In this document: in pieces, positions 1 through 9,959 of the stretch | Layout: the number at the start of each line of letters is the position of its first letter | Position numbering within the stretch: position 1 is the first letter of the stretch | Assembly: GCF_000281045.1 (NCBI RefSeq) | Contig: NW_008246088.1 | Location: 528,675 to 572,663 of the forward strand | From: Saprolegnia diclina VS20 | Lineage: Eukaryota | Length of the DNA stretch: 43,989 bases | Reading direction: 5' to 3' | Position numbers and translations under genes: made by a program | Notes under the pieces: generated by a model | What the model saw: only the letters and a program-made list of their open reading frames with translations | Database searches by the model: none | What the model was told of the DNA's origin: nothing

Positions 1-163
1 TGCTGAAAGTCGAAATTAATGCAGACTAAGAACTCATATCAACAACAGCGTATTGTGCTTGCTAAATGCCAACACAGATTCATGCATTCGTGTAGTTAGT
101 TACACGCGACCCTATGCCTTGAGATGGAGCGCTTCGAGTGTGTTGCGGGGTCGGCGCATTGTA
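1..163 (-). pseudogene. Degenerate duplicate of 1229-1403 (3' flank of the ISG12-like gene plus the last codons of MAPEG gene 1)
   Basis: 1-50 tgctgaaagtcgaaattaatgcagactaagaactcat.. matches 1229 onward tgctgaaaatcgaaattaatgcagactaagaactcat..; 121-163 gagatggagcgcttcgagtgtgttgc..gcattgta matches gagatggagcgcctcgagcgtgttgc..gcaatgta inside the MAPEG 3' end, with indels and substitutions. Confidence 0.75.
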
Positions 164-506
164 CTGCTCCTCTTAAGGAAGATGCGAGAGGACGGTAGAT
201 TGAATAGAGCGTGCTTCTATGCTACATGTATTAGTATGCATTGACTGAGTACGCAGACAGACTGCTCCCAAGCCCAAGACACTTGTGAAATTCATCCATT
301 TCTGCTAATGTCGCTTCCTGAAGCTGTGTCGCCCGCTTCGTCCCTTCATTATCGACACGTCGCCTCCACACGGAGCTGGGAAATAAAAAAGCCACTCCTA
401 GTCGAGGTATTATTACTAGAGTGCAACTGCGTAGTATTTCTGTCGGTGGACAGTCAACTCAAGTTTATCAAGTCCACTCTTGAGGATTCAGTACTGGTTG
501 GAGAAA

Positions 507-523
507 TGCATTTTCGAATTTGA
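507..523 (+). promoter_or_regulatory. Putative oomycete initiator + flanking promoter region (INR/FPR)
   Basis: tgcattttcgaatttga resembles the YCATTYYNCAWTTT core promoter consensus and lies about 15-30 nt upstream of the ATG at 538. Confidence 0.5.
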
Positions 524-537
524 CCACGACACCGACC

Positions 538-1176
538 ATGAGCAAGAGTGGCGACGATCTCCAGCTCTGCGAGAGCATGCAGATTGTCAAGCCGTGGCGT
601 GCGACGTCCGACAACGATGCCATGGCCAAATGGGCCGACGTCGCAGTGAGCTTGATCAAGCTTGCAGCGTGGCCCGCGACGACTGACGCGGCGACATGCA
701 AGGCGCGCTGGGAGACGCTTCAAACGAGCAGCAACGACCCTCTATTGGGCGACGGCGTCTCCCCAGAGCTACAGTCCATCGTGCAAGAGCTTCTCCACGA
801 AATCGAAAAGGACGCTGTCGCCAACAACCAACCAAACGCCAAATTGGTCCTCGGCGGCGCTGCGGTCGCTGGCGCGGTCGCTGCTCCGGTGGCGACCACG
901 GCTGTCGTGGCAGGCCTCGGGTTTACCTCGAGCGGTATTGCCGCGGGCAGCACTGCTGCTAGCATGATGTCAGCCGCTGCTGTGGCCAACGGAGGCGGCG
1001 TCGCGGCGGGCTCGACCGTCGCCGTGCTTCAGTCTGTCGGTGCCGCGGGTCTCGGAGTCGCTGGTGGCGTTGCGGTGGCTGCTGTCGGTGTTGCGATCGC
1101 GCTGCCAATCGCAGGCGCCTTTCTCTGGTTCCGCAAGCCACGCAGCGACGACAACAAGGACGATCCGAGCAAGTAG
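538..1176 (+). CDS. ISG12/IFI27 (Ifi-6-16) family membrane protein with a putative Myb/SANT-like N-terminal region
   Basis: Contains GLGFTSSGIAAGSTAASMMSAAAVANGGGVAAGSTVAVLQSVGAAGL, the hallmark ISG12 motif, followed by a hydrophobic helix and WFRKPR. First ATG at 538 (ORF track starts on TTG 520). Intronless. Confidence 0.85.
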   Translation: MSKSGDDLQLCESMQIVKPWRATSDNDAMAKWADVAVSLIKLAAWPATTDAATCKARWETLQTSSNDPLLGDGVSPELQSIVQELLHEIEKDAVANNQPNAKLVLGGAAVAGAVAAPVATTAVVAGLGFTSSGIAAGSTAASMMSAAAVANGGGVAAGSTVAVLQSVGAAGLGVAGGVAVAAVGVAIALPIAGAFLWFRKPRSDDNKDDPSK

Positions 1177-1325
1177 CTCTGCGCAGCAACCCCACTGAAC
1201 GACGAGTACTAGGTACACCCTAGTGGCTTGCTGAAAATCGAAATTAATGCAGACTAAGAACTCATTTCAACACCAGCGTCGATTGCAAAGCCGAGACAGC
1301 AGAAAACGTTGCTGCGTTCGTATAG

Positions 1326-1976
1326 TTACATGAGACCCCACGCCTTGAGCGCAATGATGAGATGGAGCGCCTCGAGCGTGTTGCCAGCGAGCGTCGCAAT
1401 GTAAAACCCGATCGCGTGGCCACCAAAGCCCCACGTGTAGCCCACTTGATGGAGGACGCGACCGAGACCATACGTTGCGATCGTCACAAACACTTCGTAC
1501 GGAAAGACGCGCGCACCGAGAAAGATGGACGCGAGGACGGCGCCGTTGTTCTCAATCATGTGGTGCAGCGACCGGTTCGCGCGGTTGTAGGCGCCCACCG
1601 CGCCGTCTTCGACGAGCCCAATGAGGTTCTCGGGCGCGTCCTTCCCGACCGCCTTGTAATAGAACGGGTTCACGCGCAGGTTGCCCGAGAAGGGCAAGAC
1701 AATGCGGCCCTTGTGCGCCATCGGGTACCCGTTGGCGAACGCGACGAGCCGGCCAAAGACGACGACGGCCGCGCAGGCCCAGTGCAAGTCGGTCGCCACG
1801 AGCGCCGCAATACGCGCCTCGTAGGTCGCGAGAGGGCCACGGGCGTAGACGCCGAAGTACGCAATGCAAAGACCCATGAGCGCGGGCACGATGACCAAGA
1901 TGGCGGTCACAAAGAGCTGCGGCTTGGCCACGCGCATGACGGGTAGCCCGTTTGGGCCCAGCGGTCGACCACTCAT
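1326..1976 (-). CDS. MAPEG family (microsomal glutathione S-transferase-like) membrane protein, copy 1
   Basis: Several hydrophobic helices; YNRANRSLHHMIEN and GRVLHQVGY correspond to the MAPEG R-x-H-x-N-x-x-E and GRxxxxxGY motifs; INR-like acattctacatttg just upstream on the minus strand. Confidence 0.8.
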   Translation of the reverse strand: MSGRPLGPNGLPVMRVAKPQLFVTAILVIVPALMGLCIAYFGVYARGPLATYEARIAALVATDLHWACAAVVVFGRLVAFANGYPMAHKGRIVLPFSGNLRVNPFYYKAVGKDAPENLIGLVEDGAVGAYNRANRSLHHMIENNGAVLASIFLGARVFPYEVFVTIATYGLGRVLHQVGYTWGFGGHAIGFYIATLAGNTLEALHLIIALKAWGLM

Positions 1977-2476
1977 GTGCCAAATGTAGAATGTTGCGAT
2001 CTTTCAGCAGCGTTCGCGGTGCCCCGGGGTATAAATCTGATGCGGCCATTCCATACCGTACGCAATGGCCAGAAAGGCTGCCAGAAGGTGCATCGGGCAC
2101 TGGAGCGGGTTTCTTCGACGACGCGATAAAACATGCAACTTATGTTCAATGGGAGGGTCAGCCACACGTGCCTGCTGCTAGATCGACACGTAAACGCTTC
2201 ACTCGTACGTTGCACCCACAAATGTACGCGTACCCCGGGCCACGAAGTGATCCTGATTTCCGAAGACAGGCGGAGATGATCAGCTGGTGGCAGTGGTACC
2301 GACGTCGGGCACGCGGCGCAGAACCATTGAATGAGAGGTCAGGAGAGGGCACGGCAGACCAGGGTCGTCAGCTGACGTCGTTGGCGCGCTCGTCGCAATC
2401 GAACTTCAAGTTGATGCAAGCAGTGTCACGTTATTCATCCGCATACACTACCTACTACATGTCCATGCCATGGCGG

Positions 2477-3139
2477 CTAGAGAAGCTTCTGGCCCTTCAA
2501 GAACACAAGCGCGAGGAGGCCTTCGAGCGTCACTTGCGCAGCGAGGCTCAGACCAAAGCCGGCGCCGTGGCCGCCGTAGCCCGTCGTGTAGCCCACCTGG
2601 TGCATGACGCGGCCGAGGCCAAAGATGCACACGCACACAAACACGGGGAACGCAAACACGTGCGCGGCGAGCACGAGGCCGGCGACGAGCGCGCCATAGT
2701 TCTCAATCATGTGGTGGAGCGAGCGGTTCGCGCGGTTGTAGGCGCCGACCGCGCCCGCGTCGTCAAAGACCACCGCGTTGGGCGCCGCGTCCTTGCCGAG
2801 CGCCTTGTAGATGAACGGGTTCGAGCGCAAGTTGCCAGAGTTGCGCTTCATAATCTGGCTCTTGTGCACGGTCGGGTAAATGTTGACAAAGGCGATCGTG
2901 CGGCCCAAGACGACCACGGCCGCGCACGCCCAGTGCAAGTCGGTCGCGAGCAGCGCCTTGATGCGCTTGTCGTAGGCGCCCGTGGCCCCAAACGTGTAGA
3001 TGGCGTAGGCAATGCCGAGCCCGATCAGCAGCGGCGCAAAGGTGAAGGCCAAGATGCCCATGTACTTGGGCTTGACGTCTTCCGCGCTCATGATCGGGAG
3101 TCCATTGTCGCCAACCTTGTGTCCGTCGTCCGAGCCCAT
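2477..3139 (-). CDS. MAPEG family membrane protein, copy 2 (tandem paralogue)
   Basis: Shares ATDLHWACAAVVV, SGNLRxNPF, GAVGAYNRANRSLHHMIEN and GLGRVxHQVGY with 1326-1976; INR/FPR-like ccacttgggaatttg and a CCAAT box upstream. Confidence 0.8.
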   Translation of the reverse strand: MGSDDGHKVGDNGLPIMSAEDVKPKYMGILAFTFAPLLIGLGIAYAIYTFGATGAYDKRIKALLATDLHWACAAVVVLGRTIAFVNIYPTVHKSQIMKRNSGNLRSNPFIYKALGKDAAPNAVVFDDAGAVGAYNRANRSLHHMIENYGALVAGLVLAAHVFAFPVFVCVCIFGLGRVMHQVGYTTGYGGHGAGFGLSLAAQVTLEGLLALVFLKGQKLL

Positions 3140-4104
3140 GCTGTGCGTTTGCGGTCAAATTCCCAAGTGGCCTTCTGATTGGCGGATTCGTGCCAACGGA
3201 TCTTTCGTGGCGTGCTGCTTCTAGAAGGTGCACCGCCAACTGCTGGCAGTCCAACGGGCTGATCTCAGACGCGCTCCGTTTCAGATTTGTAGAATTTCAG
3301 ATTTCAGACTCTGAGACGCTGCTTGTTCAGATTTTAGCTCGCGCGGGCGCCAGGTTAAGGCTTGGATTCGGATTCTAGTCGCAGTTGTGGCAGAGGTGGG
3401 ATGGGACTGGAGTGGCGTCGTGTGCACCATGCTCCGAGCGCAGAAGATCGCACGGGCCCACGCAACGTTCGGTGTTGATATGGTACAGTACACCTGGAGC
3501 CTGGGCGTTCCCAGTGGTCGACAGCTGCGGTCGTCGTCGTTCATGTCCCGACGCTTGTTTTGCGCATAGGGTTGGAAACGCTGGTGCATTCTCAGTACCA
3601 ACTCTGCATTATCAATGTGGGTGCATCAACAGACGCCCGACAGCTTGGCTTTGAGCAGAGATCGTTGCTCCTCCTGTCGGTCCTTTGTGACTTCAAGCCA
3701 TGCCGGACGCGCGCACTTTTCTGTTTGTCCTTAACGCTGGTTCTGGCAATGCTACAGCTGCAGCCACCTCCGCGGGTTCACAGCATTAGACCTGCCAAGC
3801 TTCGTGCAGAATGCAGACTTTGGCGCCCGCGCGCCAAAGTATTCGACCACACAGCGTGCAGTAGGTCCATGCAAGTTGGTTGACGACGAACAGAGTCCCT
3901 CGTCGGCTCGCTCGCCTCCTGCGTCCAGTTGGACGCCGGCAGCATTGCATTGGAGCGCAAAAAAGGACCGGCACTGAATGCTCGCGGAGCTTCTTGCGCC
4001 TGCAGATGCGCTCGTATCGTCCAGGGGTCCGCCCGTGGTGGCTCACTGTCTAGTAGCTTTGGCGAACCGACACGGGCTGCGATCTAGGCTCGCGGGTCGT
4101 GCTG

Positions 4105-4111
4105 TGATTGG
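4105..4111 (-). promoter_or_regulatory. CCAAT box upstream of TFIIS
   Basis: tgattgg (CCAATCA on minus) about 140 nt before the ATG; the same heptamer recurs upstream of several genes here (3176, 11454, 11482, 14230, 23515, 29236, 39547). Confidence 0.45.
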
Positions 4112-4248
4112 TCAAAAATAGTGCGTAATAAAATGCGTGGCGGATCGCACCCACCAGTCAACCTGGGAGCTTGGGGAGTAATAAAATAAAAGCCGAGAAA
4201 TTCGGAACCGCCGGGCCATTGGTTGTTTATTCGAAAGACAGGATCAGC

Positions 4249-5166
4249 ATGGAAGACATCGCTCGCGTCCACCGACGCCTGACCAAGTTCCTCCAGGGCG
4301 ACGAAGGCAGCCAGAGCGCCGTCCTCGATGGGCTCGACCACCTGGACTCGATCGCCATGACGCTGAGCCTCCTCAAGGAGTCCAAGATCGGCCAAACCAT
4401 CGGCAAGCTGCGCAAGCATGACGACGCCAAGGTGGCCGAGAAGGCCAAGCACCTCGTCAAGAAGTGGAAGGCGCTCGCGCTCTCGCCGCGCACGAGCGCG
4501 ACCGACGTGACCAAGGACGCGCCCAAGAAGTCGACCGAAATGGCCGCCGTCGCCAAGAAGCTGGAGGCCAAGGTCGAGAAGAAGGTGGAGAAGAAGCCGT
4601 CGGCCAACTTTTTGCCGTCCAACTTGAGCAACGTGCGTACGACGGTGCGCAAGAAGCTCAAGGAGGTGCTCGAGCTCGCGGACGAAGATCTGCGCTCGGA
4701 AGCCGAGTTTGCGGCCATGTCGATCGAGACGGCGATGGCCAAGCTCTACAAGATGGACAAGGGCTTGGAGCCCGCGGACATGAAGAAGGAGTACACGGGC
4801 AAGTTTCGCCAGCTCTCGTTCAACCTCAAGAAGAACGACATGCTGCGCGACGAGGTGCTCACGCTCACCGTGACGGCCGACCAGCTCGTGCTCATGACGC
4901 CGGACGAGCTCGCGACGCAGGAGCTCCGCCTCGAGAAGGACAAGTTCCGCGACGACGCGTTCCAGAGCTCGCGCCTCGACTGGGACGTGGCGAACGCCGA
5001 CAAGATCAACAAGCAGTGCGGCATCACGGACGCGCGCGGCCTCTTTACGTGCGGCAAGTGCAAGTCGACCAACACGAGCAACACGCAAAAGCAGACGCGC
5101 AGTGCCGATGAACCCATGACGGTCTTTGTGCTCTGCCACGACTGCGGGAAGCGCTGGAAGTGCTAA
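4249..5166 (+). CDS. TFIIS: Transcription elongation factor S-II (TFIIS)
   Basis: N-terminal LKESKIGQTIGKLRKH..AKHLVKKWK, central KFRQLSFNLKKN..MTPDELAT, and C-terminal Zn ribbon CGKC..QTRSADEPMTVFVLCHDCGKRWKC. First ATG at 4249. Confidence 0.96.
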   Translation: MEDIARVHRRLTKFLQGDEGSQSAVLDGLDHLDSIAMTLSLLKESKIGQTIGKLRKHDDAKVAEKAKHLVKKWKALALSPRTSATDVTKDAPKKSTEMAAVAKKLEAKVEKKVEKKPSANFLPSNLSNVRTTVRKKLKEVLELADEDLRSEAEFAAMSIETAMAKLYKMDKGLEPADMKKEYTGKFRQLSFNLKKNDMLRDEVLTLTVTADQLVLMTPDELATQELRLEKDKFRDDAFQSSRLDWDVANADKINKQCGITDARGLFTCGKCKSTNTSNTQKQTRSADEPMTVFVLCHDCGKRWKC

Positions 5167-5768
5167 GCCCTCCTATTTAGCCATCATCTCCCTTCTTCCT
5201 GATATTAGAATACAGTCGCTGGAAGGAAAAACTAATTATGACGTTCTCCCATCCTCTATATAGTGTCTTCTCTTGTGCTTCATCACACAGCGTCACACCG
5301 GTGCAGCAAGGGGATCGCGTTCTCTTCGCAACGCAGGCAAAGTCGCTGCGAGGTGGCAATGGCCATGATCTAGGTGTGGGTATGTATCTGGCTGCATCCA
5401 TTGCGCCACTGCAAGAACTGGAATGCTGTGTTTGTTTCGTCGTTGCACCGTTGCTGTAGTGTAATTTCAATCGTTTAGTGTCTAGAATATCGCATCGCAG
5501 ATATCGGTAACGAGAGGTACGCCGATCATTGCTCATCGATTGGTCGACGCGACCGTTGGCGATTTCACACGTGTCGCTGCGCGTCACACTTCCACCAGAG
5601 CCTGCCACGTCATAGAATGGCCAAGACCGGTAAGGAGAATCTGCATTGAAATTTGCAAGATAGATTTCAAATAGAATTGGTGTGTTTCTGGTGGCAATGC
5701 ATGCGCCTTGGCGCTCAACGGACTTCCTTAACCAAGTGCTTGGCCCATCAAATTTTATATATTTTCAG

Positions 5769-6449
5769 GATGAAGAAGCCCATGCTCTCCCTTGTTCAAC
5801 CTGATCATGCGTCAGCTCCTTGGTGTCGACTTGTTCGTCGGACCGGTGCTCTCGGCGACTTCTTGTGTCGATGCCATCAATGCGTCGTTGAGCAAGTGGC
5901 TCGTGCGCTTCTATAACTGCGCACTCCAGACGTACCGCAAGTACGTTGTGCAATGTACTCATGACCCTTCCCAAGACGTGCTGGAACAGCAGCCAGATGG
6001 TGCTAGCGCCCTTGCTTCGCATGCGATCTTCAAAGTCTACTTTTCGAAGTGCGGCGACGATGAAGACTTCCCCAAGGCCTGCGAGGTTCTCGACTTTCTG
6101 GCGCGGTATTACCGCAGCCGAGATGATCGTGCGGCCGCTCGCCTACTAGTGTGCGTCGTTTGCCATGTAGAAGACTAACAACACGCTCGGCGATATCTTC
6201 ATGGTGGATGTATATCGCGGTCTCGTTATCGACGAGCAGCTCTCGGACGTGCTCGAAGCGCAGTGGCTCAGTCTGGAGCAGCTGAAGCCTTTAGTGCTGG
6301 CGCTTGATCCGCGAGTCCATCAGGGAGGGTCGTTGATAGGACGTGTGAGACAAACATTCCCTCGCGGTGTTTTACGGTCTTGCACTGTCACTGGACACAA
6401 CGGTTCTCGATACGTCCTGTCGCTTAACGGCTCTGCAGGCAAACTTTGA
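5769..6449 (+). pseudogene. Possible fragmented or degenerate gene of unknown function
   Basis: Two protein-like ORF segments (5792-6178, 6201-6449) after a ttttcag acceptor-like site, with no clean start and an apparent frame break near 5790. No family recognised. Confidence 0.25.
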
Positions 6450-6519
6450 GATTGGCCATTTGCAAACAAGCAACCGAAGAGAAGACGCCCCAATAGTGCC
6501 ACTCCTGATACCTACGATA

Positions 6520-7069
6520 ATGCCCACCAAGAAGCGCCGCATTGACGAGACGTCGGTACGTTTACCTTACCACCTCACCCAATCTCACATCTCTCTAGCT
6601 CGAACAGTACTCGGACGACTCAGACAACGGCGAGGTCGAAGACGACAGCATTGCCGTGCTGTTCAAGTGGAACATGACTGAAACGACAGCGTTCCTCGAC
6701 GCTGTCAACAACCAAATTGGTGCCGGCAACCATCCCACCCCCGTCTGGATGCGAGCGCAGCCCCACATCTTCACCTTCATCTCGTTCACCGACGATTTGT
6801 TCGAGTACCTCAAGCCCAACGCTCCCGCCCACAGAGTGGCGCCGGTCTGGATCGCACCCAACTCGCTTGAAGATTACCACAACATCGGCGTTCGTCTGCG
6901 CGATGTTGAATTCGATCCGCTCATCCAGGCGGCCATGGCGGCGCTACCACCGGGCCAGTGCCTGGCCGAGGTATTCCATTTGTCGGATAGATCCTATAAT
7001 GCCCGCCTGATGGGCGGCCCAGGGGGCCGCATCGCCCCACCGGCGCCGTTGCGCCGCGTATTCGGCTAA
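6520..7069 (+). CDS. Uncharacterised protein, PPAPLRRVF-tail family copy 1 (2 exons: 6520-6555, 6599-7069)
   Basis: MPTKKRRIDETS, 43-nt GT-AG phase-0 intron 6556-6598, then LEQYSDDSDNGEVEDDSIAVLFKWN..IQAAMAALP..CLAE..GRIAPPAPLRRVFG. Clear homology to 8291-8931. Confidence 0.75.
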
Positions 7070-7262
7070 AGCCGACAGTTAACATGATGGTCGTTTATCG
7101 CCCAGAGCCGTCGATTTTTACTCGATGATGTTTCGGGTGCGACCCAGCAGCTCGGGCATGCAGCACGGGCATACAAACATCACTCAATCCTGCATGTGTT
7201 CTTGTGTGGGCACCGTTCTGATTGGCTCTACTCAAACCTCTGGGATTTCATGTATCGGTTCT

Positions 7263-7827
7263 NNNNNNNNNNNNNNNNNNNNNNNNNNNNNNNNNNNNNN
7301 NNNNNNNNNNNNNNNNNNNNNNNNNNNNNNNNNNNNNNNNNNNNNNNNNNNNNNNNNNNNNNNNNNNNNNNNNNNNNNNNNNNNNNNNNNNNNNNNNNNN
7401 NNNNNNNNNNNNNNNNNNNNNNNNNNNNNNNNNNNNNNNNNNNNNNNNNNNNNNNNNNNNNNNNNNNNNNNNNNNNNNNNNNNNNNNNNNNNNNNNNNNN
7501 NNNNNNNNNNNNNNNNNNNNNNNNNNNNNNNNNNNNNNNNNNNNNNNNNNNNNNNNNNNNNNNNNNNNNNNNNNNNNNNNNNNNNNNNNNNNNNNNNNNN
7601 NNNNNNNNNNNNNNNNNNNNNNNNNNNNNNNNNNNNNNNNNNNNNNNNNNNNNNNNNNNNNNNNNNNNNNNNNNNNNNNNNNNNNNNNNNNNNNNNNNNN
7701 NNNNNNNNNNNNNNNNNNNNNNNNNNNNNNNNNNNNNNNNNNNNNNNNNNNNNNNNNNNNNNNNNNNNNNNNNNNNNNNNNNNNNNNNNNNNNNNNNNNN
7801 NNNNNNNNNNNNNNNNNNNNNNNNNNN
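7263..7827. other. Assembly gap (N run)
   Basis: Run of n. Confidence 1.
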
Positions 7828-8290
7828 CAGCACTCCTTGTAGATTGCTGTCGGCCCGCCTTGGGTTGCGCCCGTCAATGATTTCTTCGTAGGGGTCGTGT
7901 TCAGCAGCCAGCCACACGACCCCTATGAAGACATCATTGGCCACGAAAACACGGCGCTGGTGAGCTACACATCGCCACACCTCCAGATTCAGCGCGTTTC
8001 TTGCAGTGTAATGCAATCACAGCTTTCCCAAGACGCTCTTCGGACTGCTTCAAGCACGCGGCGTCAATTCTCTCCAGTTTATGGTGCCAATCTTGATACT
8101 TCGATTCAGTGGTCGGACCCCGCAGCGCTGTGATTGTAGAAATTACCTCCTAAAATACATAAGCTGTCAAATGCAGTCTGACCAAGGTATTTGGAGCCTG
8201 TATCAATTAATATACCTGCAAAAAGGTATTGAAAGATCCATTTCCCAACAAGACAGCCACGGCACATCTACCTTCAAGCGCCAAGCAAGC

Positions 8291-8931
8291 ATGGACACGC
8301 CCCATCGCTCGATGCGCTTCCTCGCGAAGGAAGCTACCGTCGGCAAGATGCAAGCGCCGGACGAAGAGACGTCGGCGACGACGCCCGCAAAGAAGACCGT
8401 GGACATGGCCGACTACAACATGGACCTCGACGATGAGGCCCTTCCGGAGGTACGTCTTCCTTCCCGACATGCACGAGACTCCCCATCTCTCTCTAGGTGG
8501 AAGAGGACTCGGAGGTCGCCGAGCCAGGCCTCGCCCTTCTGTTCAAGTGGAACGACATGGACATGCCAGCGTTCCTCGCAGCAATCAACGCTCCAGCAAC
8601 CGGCAACCTTGCCCTCCCCGTCTGGTTGAAGACGCATCCTCCGAACGTCTCGTTCGATTCGTTCACGACAGATCTGCTCGAGAAACTCAAGCCGAACGCC
8701 AACGACGACCGCGTGGCGCCAGGGTGGATCGCGCCCAACACCGTTGAAGAATACGGGGCCATCACGGCAGCGCTGCACGATGTTGAAGTCCATCCGTTCA
8801 TCCAGGCGGCCATGGCGGCCGTGCCGCGCGACAATTGCTTGGCCGAGACGTACCATGTGACCTTGAGCCACAACGTCCACCCGAATGACCGCCACGCCCC
8901 ACCGGCGCCATTGCGCCGCGTCTTCCTTTAA
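8291..8931 (+). CDS. Uncharacterised protein, PPAPLRRVF-tail family copy 2 (2 exons: 8291-8449, 8497-8931; start codon uncertain)
   Basis: 47-nt GT-AG phase-0 intron 8450-8496 (gtacgt..ctctctag, as in copy 1); shares LFKWN, PVW, SFTxDL, LKPNA, RVAPxWIAPN, IQAAMAA, CLAE and APPAPLRRVF. Confidence 0.75.
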
Positions 8932-9102
8932 GCGCGTCGACCAACATGCCGTTTAACTTTATCCCGAGAGATGACGTTGTTTGCAGAGCTGTCTAGTGTG
9001 CGGATCGACGCTTCCATTGCAAACCGTTCGCAGATAAGCTGGCTAACGTTAGAGAAAATGCCGGTTCAGTGGGATAAACGATCATCGTGTTGGTCGACAA
9101 CC

Positions 9103-9149
9103 TTACTGAAACACGCGGCGCAACGGCGCCGGTGGAGCGATGCGGCCCC
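9103..9149 (-). CDS. 3' end of PPAPLRRVF-tail family copy 3 (remainder lies in the gap)
   Basis: Reverse strand encodes GRIAPPAPLRRVFQ-stop, nearly identical to the copy 1 end, followed by the shared 3' flank gtcgaccaacacg..cgtttatc. Confidence 0.7.
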
Positions 9150-9959
9150 NNNNNNNNNNNNNNNNNNNNNNNNNNNNNNNNNNNNNNNNNNNNNNNNNNN
9201 NNNNNNNNNNNNNNNNNNNNNNNNNNNNNNNNNNNNNNNNNNNNNNNNNNNNNNNNNNNNNNNNNNNNNNNNNNNNNNNNNNNNNNNNNNNNNNNNNNNN
9301 NNNNNNNNNNNNNNNNNNNNNNNNNNNNNNNNNNNNNNNNNNNNNNNNNNNNNNNNNNNNNNNNNNNNNNNNNNNNNNNNNNNNNNNNNNNNNNNNNNNN
9401 NNNNNNNNNNNNNNNNNNNNNNNNNNNNNNNNNNNNNNNNNNNNNNNNNNNNNNNNNNNNNNNNNNNNNNNNNNNNNNNNNNNNNNNNNNNNNNNNNNNN
9501 NNNNNNNNNNNNNNNNNNNNNNNNNNNNNNNNNNNNNNNNNNNNNNNNNNNNNNNNNNNNNNNNNNNNNNNNNNNNNNNNNNNNNNNNNNNNNNNNNNNN
9601 NNNNNNNNNNNNNNNNNNNNNNNNNNNNNNNNNNNNNNNNNNNNNNNNNNNNNNNNNNNNNNNNNNNNNNNNNNNNNNNNNNNNNNNNNNNNNNNNNNNN
9701 NNNNNNNNNNNNNNNNNNNNNNNNNNNNNNNNNNNNNNNNNNNNNNNNNNNNNNNNNNNNNNNNNNNNNNNNNNNNNNNNNNNNNNNNNNNNNNNNNNNN
9801 NNNNNNNNNNNNNNNNNNNNNNNNNNNNNNNNNNNNNNNNNNNNNNNNNNNNNNNNNNNNNNNNNNNNNNNNNNNNNNNNNNNNNNNNNNNNNNNNNNNN
9901 NNNNNNNNNNNNNNNNNNNNNNNNNNNNNNNNNNNNNNNNNNNNNNNNNNNNNNNNNNN
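9150..9959. other. Assembly gap (N run)
   Basis: Run of n. Confidence 1.

Noticed and set aside
1952..3178. 408-aa plus-strand ORF and other long antisense ORFs (4084-5139, 22561-23352, 39363-41228, 41733-42722)
   Set aside because: They shadow real genes on the opposite strand; high GC3 suppresses antisense stop codons and the translations have no recognisable motifs.
3279..3335. Cluster of ttcaga(t) motifs upstream of MAPEG copy 2
   Set aside because: Four short copies with irregular spacing; cannot be distinguished from low-complexity sequence.
6656..6680. LFKW as a Crinkler LFLAK-type effector motif
   Set aside because: Only superficial similarity; no signal peptide or HVLVxxP motif.
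7828..8133. 78-aa ORF after the first gap
   Set aside because: No similarity to the neighbouring paralogue family or any domain I recognise.
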